From NCBI GenBank assembly GCA_051047955.1, contig JBPGPT010000019.1, positions 186,001-250,000 of the forward strand: DNA of 64,000 nt, in the 5' to 3' direction. The position numbers and the translations under genes were made by a program. This DNA is from Cystobasidiomycetes sp. EMM_F5. Lineage: Eukaryota. This document shows positions 53,619-64,000 of this stretch, in pieces; the first letter of the stretch is position 1; every line of letters begins with the position of its first letter. The notes beneath the pieces are model-generated. The model was given only the letters and a program-made list of their open reading frames with translations. It ran no database searches and was not told where the DNA came from.

Positions 53619-56600
53619 ATGCTCGGGCTGGCTCATGAGACGCCGTCAAGGCTGCTGCGTCGTATCAAGGATGCAGAGTTTGACGAGATGCCCACCCTGC
53701 CTTCGCCCCCAGGCAGCAGCAATACAAGCCGGGCAAGCGACGATAGCGGCATGAGCAATGTGCCTCGTCGAAGGCGTATGCCTGCGAGAGGCGCAGCGGC
53801 GGCATCGCCGTTGGGAGACGATAGCACACGGCTGAAACAAGGTGGATCAGCAGGGAGACGGATACTTAGTCCACTCAACGCCAACAACAAGACTAATAAC
53901 GTCGTGTCTCGTGATGACTCTGTTGATATTGACTCGCCAAAGTCCAGGCCTTACATTTCAAGAAAGGAAGCTACCGATAACGCTAAACCCAAGACATCGC
54001 TGACCCCGCCCAACAACACCCAGCCGCAGGACACACGTCTCTCGTCACTTGCGACAAATACGGTAGTGTCCAAAGCCAGTTCGGCTAGGACGGCTCGACC
54101 CAATGCCCGATCGCCTAATACACCCCTACAACGAGTCAATGCTGGAACGGCCGCTCGAACACAGGAAATTGTATACTCCGACGAGTCCGAAACAACCCAT
54201 TCCGAGGACATACAGCATTCCAGCGTGGTCGAAGATGTAAACAATGCCAGCTTGTCTGGGTATCAAGATCCAAACAGTTCTGTCCTCAACGCCCAGAGTC
54301 TGGACAAGCTCGATTCTTCCTCATTCATGCAAGACTTGCAAAATCAGCAAGATGCGAGTATAGAGTACGAGACTTCTGAAGCGGGCGACGATGTTTCAGA
54401 CACTCCAGTCCCACGAAACATCGCCCGTTTCAGACCGCCATCGCCAATCCTTGAAGAAAATGAAGATGGCAGCGGGCACGATGAAGCGCCCACATCTCAT
54501 TTCCCGCTTGCTTCCGGCTCTGAGCAGGCAGCCACAAGTACATCATCTGTCGATGGACACACAAGTACAGCAGGAACAGATGACGAACAGCTTGCCTCGG
54601 CAGAGAAACGGATTGCCATGCATGTGGTCATGCGGAGACGCGCAAATCCTGTCAATCGTCGGCCAAGTCAGCGAGTGCAGGTATCACCCGAAACGCCGGC
54701 ACAGCATGTCTTGTCATTACATTCAAGTCATGGGGATGTAGAGGAATTTTCGCAAAGCGCTTATTCAAGTCCTGGAGTCGGAAGAAGACTCCCTCCCTCC
54801 GCCGAGGGTAAACCTCCTGGGCGACAATCAGATCATACGCCGGTCCGCTATGTCTCACCGGGCAGCCGGACTGTCTCCACTTCAACGGCTGGTACAGCAA
54901 ACTCCGCACCGGCCGCACGCTATGCTTCGCCTAGCAACTTCGAGACTCCTCGTCCAGCAGTAGCAGATTCCGATCTTGAGCGCAGAAAATCGCATCTCTT
55001 GTCTACTTTGCGACTTACAGCTCTGCGATCGACAATGAAACCAAAGTTCAAGCGGGGAACACCTCATCCGCTTCGGAACGTGCAAAATAGAGAGAGGTCG
55101 GAGACTCCTGTTGAAAGCGAGAATATCAGTTCTGAAGGTCAAGCAAAGTCAATCGATGCTGGACAATCGAGAGAAGATCACGCCGAAGCTTATTCGGAAG
55201 ATCAGACTACCACAATGTCACAATCGAGCGCTTCTTCTCATGATCTTACAACATATCCGCGAGGCAACAATGGAAACATGTCGTTGCCTCTGGCAGGCAC
55301 AGGCTTGGATACGGCCGCGACTCGCTTCAACGGCGCCAAATTGACGACGTATCTGCATGCGCTCAATACGCATCTGTCTGAAGAGAATCAGAACTTGGTC
55401 AAGACGCTTGAACAGACGGCGAAAGAAGTGCAGCGCCTCATGCGCAAAAACCAGGAATTGTCTAGCGCGAGCGGTTCAACTACGACGTCGTATGTCGGGG
55501 CAGATGGTGATGAGCACGATGCGGGAGATACCACGTCTGATCGGCTGCAACAGCATCAGCGTACCAGCGACGATCTTGCGCAACTCTCGCAGCATCTGAC
55601 TGGATCCGTTGGGGGAAGTAACAGCCATAGTCGGCGCATGCAAGAGCTCGAGCAAGAACTTGAGGACCACCGGGCGCAGTTGCAGCAGAAGGATACAGTG
55701 ATTGATCAGCTCAGGAAACAGGTACTGCAAGAGCAGGAACGAGATGAAGATGATACGGGCACAGTCACCATTGCCGAGCTGCAAAAGCAAGTCTTTACGC
55801 TCACTGATCAAATGACTCAAGCTACTGCCGATCTTGCTGCACAACAAGCCGAAGCTGCACGCCTTCGGGTCGAGAATATTGATGCCGCCGGACGTCACGC
55901 TACAGCCATTGCCGCTCTACAAGGCCGAGCTGATGAATTGTTAGACGCCCTCGAAGACCGAGAAGTAGCTCTCGAAGAGATTGAGAATCGACTCGCGCGC
56001 ACCCAGGATGATCACGTCGAGAGTATGAAAACCCTTGAGGACGAGCTGACGAATGTCCTGACGGAGCAAGATGAAAAAGTCAGAGCAATGGAAGAGCGAT
56101 CTCATCAGATTGAGGCCGAGAGCAAAGTCCTGCGAGAGGCAAAGAGCTCGGCAGACGCGCGGATTGCTGCCCTAGAAGAGCAGATCAATCGATTACAAGC
56201 CAGTACTCAAAAACAAGCCAACACAGATGTCGAGGATTCACAGACTCGCGAGCTGGGCATTCTGCACGAACGCATCGCTAGTCTACAGCGTAGTCAGACA
56301 CGGCGTGATGCAGCACTCAAGGAGAAAGATGATATAATCCAAGCCAATACGAGGATCCAGGCTGCGACGGTCGATGAGCACACTCAACTAATCGATGACT
56401 TGCGAAGTCAGCTGAAGGATGCGTTGCATGTCAATCAGAAGAACACAGACGCGATGTCAGCCGACGAGCAGAAGCTACTTGAAGTGCAAGCAGATCTACA
56501 GGATACAGAGAAAGAGATTCAAGACCTGGAAAATCAGCTTGAGGATGCGCAGTTGACCATATCCCGCTTGCGCCAGCAGAACGCCGACTCTGCGATGGCA

Positions 56601-58026
56601 ATGGATAGCGAGCTTCGTAAGCAGCTCCGTGCGGCGGAAAGCGAGATTGGCGATCTGCGCAATCAGCTAGCAGCACCGTACCGTAATGCCGAGCCTAACG
56701 GCGCAGGGAACGTCAGCAGCCAAGATTTGCGCATCAGGACTCTAGAGGCGAACAATCATGAATTGAAGAGCAGGGTCGCTCAGCTCCGACGACAAGAGGC
56801 CGTTAACACAATGCTGACACCAGCAAGATGTACGCCGGATAAGAGCGTGCGGTTTGACAGCGTAAAGAGTATGCGCACGCCTCGCAGCGCAAGCGACATT
56901 CTAGGAGGGGTGAGCAGGCCAACGATTGGTGTACACAGATATGCTGACATTCGCGAACCGCACCGCAGACATCCTTCGTCGACCGCTCTGACGGCAATGT
57001 GACTGTAGCGCCCTTGTACAACCGCATAGACGGCTTACAAGGCCAGGTCAAACATCTTCAGGGATTATTGCAGGAAGCCAACGAGGATGTGGATGATAAA
57101 TTGCGGAAACTAAACCGCACTGGTATGCACGGAGTCGGCTTGACCCAGGAGCTGGAGGAAGCTCGTCAACGCATCACCAGTCTGGAACAGCGATTGCGAG
57201 AGCAAAAGACAAGCGATGCGAATGGAGGTCTGAGTCAGCAATTGGAGGCCGTCAACAGAGTGAGTCAAGATGACATGTGCAGAAAAAGTAACACGTTTTA
57301 ATTAGCAGCGCCTGGCAGGATTTGAAGCGGGTGTCAGGCCAAGTGCGAAGCAAGGACGAACAGATTAGTCGCATGCAGAAGACAGGCGACGAGGTTGCTG
57401 CACTGAAATACGAAGTAGCGCGAATGAAGCGCGATGCACGCATGCTGGGCGAAGATATCCAGCTAGAACGCGCGAGACAGCAAACTACTAGCGTGCCCTC
57501 CTTTGACCTTGTCATGTGCACAAAGTAGGTCGTGGAAGAGTGCTGATTTGGTGGGACAAGCTGACTTACCGACAACTATAATAGACCGGCGTGCCAGCAG
57601 ACACACACTAGATTGAAAGAAGCCAAGGAGGGCAGCAAAGGACTGCTGGTCCAGATTCGATACCTTAATGCGAAGTTCACTCGAGAGTCGTGGATGAAAG
57701 CCGATCTTGCGCATCAGAAGAAATATCTGCAGAGCGAGATAAATGGCAAACAACGACAGTGAGTTGTGGAATGGCATAGCTGATGAAACGTCTCTTACTT
57801 GGTGCTTCTCCGTAGGATCGACGCAACGAAGGCGACCTTGGACCGCTTCGGCATGCAAACAGTCGGGGTACCAACGCACAAAATCACGTTCCGCCATATC
57901 GCACATGCTGCTCTCTTTTCCGTTCGCATTCAGAGGCTGAGCAAGCAATGGGCTGTACATACATCATCGCGCGCCGAGGTCCGTGCGGCATATCGCCACC
58001 TCCGCGGTCATGATTTACCTTGCTAG
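53619..58026 (+). CDS. Spindle-pole-body pericentrin/Spc110/Pcp1-like coiled-coil protein with a C-terminal PACT domain
   Basis: Long heptad coiled coil; spliced C-terminus KGLLVQIRYLNAKFTRESWMKADLAHQKKYL...FRHIAHAALFSVRIQRLSKQW. Confidence 0.85.
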
Positions 58027-58155
58027 ATGTAGGAGTGGGGACAGCGCTGTTGTTGTAGAAGATGCGATGGACTCATTGTCGTTCGTCTGTACGGGAATCG
58101 TGGCCCTGGCAAATACTGGACGATATTCATTTTCGTTGAGCGGCATGCGTGCAGA

Positions 58156-59308
58156 TCACATTGCGATGGCATTCATAGTGCCGAGACCTCCTTGAGGACC
58201 AACGCTGCCTGTCGTCGTCCTCCACTCCAGCACATCGTGCCATCCCAGGTCGTGCGCATCATAACAGCTGGGATATATGTGGACATAATCAGGGGCGATC
58301 GATAGTGTGGAGCATGGCCTGTACGTACTGTCGCAAAGTCTATATGCAAATCGTCAGCGAATGTGAACAGTGTCTGACACTCGTCAATTTACCTGCAATT
58401 GTATCCGGATTGGCATGTGCATTTCGGCAGTCGAGACGTGCCTCGAGGAAAAGGCCACGCCAATAGTCAGTCCCATGCTCCGGCCTGCGGTGTATCGAGG
58501 ACACTGCAAGGCAATAGCGAGCAGCGTCTCAATCAGAGTGATGCCGTCTGGATTCTCGATAATGTACAGCTTGGATAGATCGCCCCCGACGTTTCGTAGA
58601 AAGAGTCGTGCTATGCGGCGATTGCCTAGGCGTTGGAGACCAAGACTGGGGCGCCGAGCTATGTGTATTGGTAGACCATCGGTGCCGTTGATGTATAGCG
58701 TCTTCGGATGGAACCATCGGAATGGAGGCAGCTGCATCGTTTGCTCTTGCTCAACGTCGGGAGTTGATTGCGGGGTCCCGGACAGTCGCAGCCCGTCCAG
58801 ACCCTCGCTCAGATCAGAGTAAGAGTCGGTGGAAAATATCGCTGGCAATCGTCCATCGGTCAATATTCCTGCGGGAGCGTCATGGGCATCACTCACACTC
58901 TTCTGTAATGAGTTTGCGCAACAGATAACCAGCCTCTGGGTCGTTCCTCTTGACGGGCAGAGTGCTGGCACAGTGCACAATGGCCGAAGCTACAGCTCGC
59001 GAGCTGACCTTGCCCTGCTTCTGGACGGGAACGGCAAAGCCAGCCGAGTTGATTGCGGAGCCCCAGTAGGCTTCATCGGCGAGCGCGTAGGCCTTTCTGC
59101 ACGTCTGAGTGAAGGACACGAGGCTCTCGAGGTCGTGGATCTCGTTGCGGATGGCTAGCAGGATCTCGGACGGAAGATTGTCAAAGGTGCTGCTCGGGCT
59201 GCCTGGCATGGCGGCGGTACTCTGCGACGGTGAGACTGGCGAAGGCCCGTAGGATTGCTTTGAGCCTTTGCGCTTGAACGCAGCTCGTAGTCGCATCTTT
59301 ACTTTCAT
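58156..59308 (-). CDS. F-box-like protein; multi-exon, 3' end uncertain
   Basis: FDNLPSEILLAIRNEIHDLESLVSFTQTCRKAY is a typical F-box motif; downstream exons are open. Confidence 0.65.
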
Positions 59309-59477
59309 GTGGTTGGCAATGGCAAGATCTGGGGCACCGCGGACCGAGCAACTTCAAAGCGGGAGCCGGGTAATCGATGAAAAGTATTTCATTGGCAGTA
59401 CAGCGCACACGACTATGAGACATCAACACGGACTGGCTGAACATGTACATGCTCTCGTTGCATCTCATACCCTTTCG

Positions 59478-61705
59478 TCACTCAATCTTCAACGTATGAT
59501 CCTCTTCCTCTGCTTCACTTGCTGCAGATGATTGTCCATACAGGCTCTTGACGTCGACGTTATCGTCCAATGCATCTGCAGCTGCTTCCACCTCGCTCTC
59601 CACCTCGCTCTCGCTAGCCGAACTGCTATCATCATCGTCGTCAGATGCATCATTGTCGGAATCACTCAGAATCAGCGTAATGAAATCATCGTTGGTGCGC
59701 AAGGGGTCGAAGCGAGGCTTCTTTGCCTTGTCTGCATCCGCCATCATGGTGGCATCCTCTGCATCGGAAGCCGCACTCGCCGTATCGATCGAGCGCTTGC
59801 GAGTAGGTTTCGTCAGTAGAGCATCTTCGACTTCGAGATCCGATGGGTCGTCCAGATCCGGCAGTACTTGCAGAGGAGGAACGGCCATAGTCGATGCCTC
59901 CTCATCGTCGAGGGCTGATGGTCCAGCCGCGCTGCGACGGATGATGTGTGGAAGCTTACACCCTTTTGTGCTGCAAGTGCCCTTGTCTGAAAACTCGGGA
60001 CACTCCCAGACGTGCCGTTCTCTGCAGTCAGTACCCTTATCACACCACCCAATCGTCACAAAGTCTCTGCAGACTTTGGCCGTCGGTGAAACATGAACAT
60101 GAGGATATATGCAGTCTGTGCCATTTCGGCAGGAAGGAAAGTGGACACAGTGGGGCATGCGGTGAGGATTCGGCTCGTGGGAAAGGGGACAGGATGAAGA
60201 GGTGAGAGTACACTTCTGCCGCAGAAAGCGCGGGCAGATGGCGACCTTGCTGTCATCGTGGAGATACGGACAGGTAAGTCCACGAGTACAAATGCCTGCG
60301 GAAACAGAGAAGACGAATGATCAGATATTATTTGAGCGAAGGAAGGATGTAAAGTCCGAATGCCAAATCGGTCTTGCGCCTTCCAAATGCACGTACCAGT
60401 GCGTTGGAAGTAACGACAGAGCGTCTTGGTACCTGCCGCTCCAACGCTCTTGTTGCCAAAGCCCGCTTTGCCAGAACTGCTGCATATACTGTAAATGGGG
60501 CAGACTACATTGAAAGGAAAGGGGCTCACTTTCTAGCCTTTTGCACGTCCTTGACGACGCTGACTAATCCTTCGAGTCGCTTGCGTTTTGCGTCCAATTC
60601 GCGCTTCTTGACATAGTCCGTCGAGATCAAATTACCTGATTTCGTACGTATATACGCTTGACCATTCACTGATGTCTTGGGCGGTGTCGCAGTCTTTGAT
60701 GGGCCAGCTGTCGATGTAGAGGGCGTATCGGATCGCCTCACTGTATATTGAGCGCATGTTTCGTCAACAAGCATACAAATTGTAACAGGCGTTTGACCGT
60801 ACAATCTTTTCTAATCAGCCTTTTGCCAGAAGCATCGCTCAGGAAGGTAACGCCATCGACAATGATCTCCTTTGAGCCACTCGAGGATCCAGCCGCCTCA
60901 TCGGCATTTGTGCTTTGCTGTCCAGTTTGATTCAGTATAAGCTGTCTATGCCGTGATTTTCGGCCAGCTTGCCGACCCCGCTTGCGTGGGGGTGGTGGAG
61001 GTCGACGTACACCTGCGACAGACTTTGCTGCCGCAGCAGTCTCCTCTGCCAGCTGTGTGGCGACAAAAGTGGCATTGGGTGGCTTGCCATCATCGCTGAT
61101 CTCGCCGTCTTCCATATCGACATTATCGTTGTCTTGCGTCGATGATGCTGCTGTTGGCTGTGCCAGTGACTCAGCAGCAGCAGCAACTGGAGTGCTCTCT
61201 GAATGCCCGGCAGCAGAAGGTTTGACTAAAGCAGTGATTGTTGTACTTGAAGGGGTCGTGGATGAATTAGTGTGAACGATATCATTTGCTGTGCTGGTAT
61301 TGCTCGTTGATTGCGTTTCTGCAGCTGCACGGCCGTCGTTCTGCGCAGCGACCGAGGGCTGCAATGTCAGATTCTTGTGCACTGCTGGCGGAGGAACCCA
61401 TTTGCTGTTATTGTGCTTGTGCATATGCGAGTTCTGGCTGTAGTGCCCGCCGCGAGTTGCTCGAAAACCACGGCCCCTGCCTCTTGCCCTAGACGATGGA
61501 CCAGCGTGGGTCGAGTATGGCTGATGCTGAGCATAGTAGGGCTGTGTATTATACTGCGGGACCAGTGGAGGCAGTCCTAGTTTCTGCCTGTTGACGATGG
61601 CTGATTGATGGATTTGTTCAGCAGGCCAGCCGCGATATGGACATTTCAAACGGGCTCACCGCTGGCTCGCGCAATCTCAGCCAGTGTCGCTGGATCCGCA
61701 GCCAT
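59478..61705 (-). CDS. Five-CCCH zinc finger protein (ZC3H3/Red5-like)
   Basis: MAADPATLAEIARAS..; LCRYFQRTG..CTRGLTCPYLH; ICPRFL..CPLSH; HCVHFPSCRNGTDCIYPH; VCRDFVTIGWCDKGTDCRERH; CPEFSDKGTCSTKGCKLPH. Confidence 0.82.
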
Positions 61706-61881
61706 AGTGTACTGCTTGCGCTGCTGTTGGCGTCCAGTTTGTACGGAGCCAACCTGATTAGTAGCCTGTTTATTGCAATTGACCGCCTTGAAACTTGTCC
61801 AACCACTGACATGGCAGACGTGACTGGCTAATGTTTACATAAATCACTGACCCCGTTAAACTGATTGAATCCTAACCAACA

Positions 61882-64000
61882 ATGTCATTCTCGCGGTCAG
61901 AATGGCTGAGACGCGAGGACGAGGAGAGCGATGACGAAGAAGTCGAAACGGGCCAGGTTGGGCTGAATCGCTGCAAGTCAGTCTGTTGCCTACAACTAAG
62001 CCTGCCTTCTCTTTCCTGCAGCTCCACGACCGTCCAGACGCTATATGCTACCTGGTCGAAGTATCCCCGTCAATGCTCGATGCTACTGAATTCGAGGACG
62101 ACCAGGGTAATACGCGTTATAGAAGTAATCTGTCGACAGCATTGAGATCGGCGCTAGATCTCATGCGGACTAGGATCATCAGCGGCAGCCCGAGGGATGT
62201 CGTTGGCGTCGTACTGTACGACACAGTAAGGCAGGCCGCAACCAAAAACAAACAACAGGCTTATGAGATATGTGTAGATCTTGTCCAAGAACGTAGACGA
62301 CGAACAACCCAAAGAAGGCTTGTACTTAGTGCTCGAGCCGTCCAGCATCAGAGCAGCCAACATCAAGATGATGAGCGATCTTATCGAGGGTGAGAAGTGA
62401 CGCTCAAGCTACGTATTGCGCGGGAGCCTTGACAATGACTTGTACTACAGACATGGAAAGTTCGCCCGAGGCCGCCTTCAAACGCTTTAATCCGCGAGAC
62501 AAAGAGATCAAGCAGACAACGTTCATAGAGGGCATGCGGTTCAGCGAGAACCTCCTGAAGAACAGGTCATCCGTCACAGCGAACCGTCAGTTGCATATCA
62601 TCACAGACAATGACGATCCCTTTCAAGGCAACAAACAACAGCAAAGCGTGGCATGTGTGTTCTCGAATGACGCCCACGAAGCCGGCTTTCAGATCAAAAC
62701 GCTCTTCATGCCGGAGGATGCCGATAAATTCAAACTCGAGCGATTTTGGAACGTGAGGACATAGCAGAATCCGGTGTTTAACGTAAGCTGAACTCGATTG
62801 GATAGCGATTCCGATTTGACCCATCATTGGATGCGGACATGGACAATGCAGCATTGGTCTTTTCGGGACCAGAGCGATTTCAAAAATTACTGTCTCTTTC
62901 GTCCGAAGCTGGCAAGACGAGGCGGGCGCAATTCTCCGTGCCTTTCTTTGTTTACGAAGGAATTGCCATGAGCGTCACTGGATACGGCGCTGTAAACGAG
63001 CAGAGGAAGAAGGCGCCTGTGCAAGTGGAGCAGGCAGAGGAGATCCGCGAGATATACTACAAAACGACGTATGCAGAGACGGAAACTGGCGAGACTATCG
63101 ATCCCAAGAAAGACATCATCAAATACATGAGCATCGGGACAAAAGATCAAAACGAACAGCGGGTAAGTCCGATTGCGCATCATCCTGCACTATCGAAGTC
63201 TCAACTGTCCGTTAGGTGTTCTTTGAGAACGATGAGATTGTCAAGATCAAGAATCTAGGCATGTCACCATGTAAGGAGAGCTTCCGCTTACATCAGCACA
63301 CCCTTACGAGCTCTATATCATGTAGCACTCAAGCTGCTAGGGTTCCTCCCAAGGTCACAGATGAAACCTCAACATACGAACAGGCACTCGTATCTGATTT
63401 ATCCAAACGAGACGGTAAGAGGCATCTTTTTGTCGCATGACGCAGCCTGAGCAGAAAGCCATACTGTGCTAGCTGTATTTGAACTCCATACCAGCTTTCT
63501 CGGCTCTACTCAAGTCAATGCTCAAGAAGGGTGTGGTTGGCTTGGGTGTCCTCGTCGCAAGAGTGAATTCCACTCCTCAACTTGTCTACATGCTACCACA
63601 AGCAGAAGTACGCGATGAGCAGACAGACAACCAAGTCGACCCACCCTGCATCTGGCTGGTCCAGATCCCTTTCGCCGACGACATCAGGCCGCCTACTACG
63701 GAAGTCTGCCTCAGCACTCTGCCGGAGAGTGGTGTAGCTGCAGATGACAATGGCGGCAGAAATATGGTCCAGCTATTCACGAAGTTGTTGAAAAAGCTTA
63801 GAGTCGTATATTTACCCAACCAATTTGCGAATCCAGGTATACGTGTCTATAAGCTTGTCCGTGCCTGATGCTGACGATTGTGTCGATACAGTATTGCAAT
63901 ACCATTATGCAAATTTGGAGGCCTTGGCTCTGTCCTTAGACGCGCCAGAGGCCATAGACCAGACTCTTCCACAAACTGAGGCTATCGCAGAAGTAGGTGA
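61882..64000 (+). CDS. KU70: Ku70 DNA end-binding subunit; 3' end outside the window
   Basis: Acidic N-terminus; vWA DAICYLVEVSPSM..DVVGVVLYDT; IITDNDDP; RHSYLIYPNE; FSALLKSMLKKG; LVYMLPQ..PPCIWLVQIPFADDIR; NPVLQYHY. Confidence 0.92.

Overview
Gene-dense, intron-rich fungal genomic DNA. Homolog style and short GT-AG introns suggest a basidiomycete, possibly a Pucciniomycotina yeast (inference). About 26 protein-coding loci can be reconstructed by hand: M28 carboxypeptidase, samB/MUB1, Ca2+/H+ exchanger, eIF4B, tannase, TOM22, alpha/beta hydrolase, MP88-like secreted protein, Ecl1-like, Red1/ZFC3H1-like, BZZ1, creA/MIG1, DUF427, DPB11/TopBP1, an SDR, PACT-domain pericentrin, F-box, ZC3H3/Red5-like, KU70 and several orphans. 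No RNA genes, CRISPR arrays or clear transposons were recognised. Four observations stand out. (1) A tandem pair of genes at 48.3-52.1 kb joins a histone H3 tail-like N-terminus to a C-terminal BAH-like domain; one copy is frameshifted, and both share a conserved upstream block. (2) A secreted Thr-rich gene is built entirely of symmetric phase-2 mini-exons. (3) An otherwise intact MP88-like gene has one in-frame TAG at an apparent Trp position. (4) Introns at the samB/VCX1 locus are inflated by minisatellites. All family calls come from motif recognition by eye; no database searches were run, and exon boundaries are manual.
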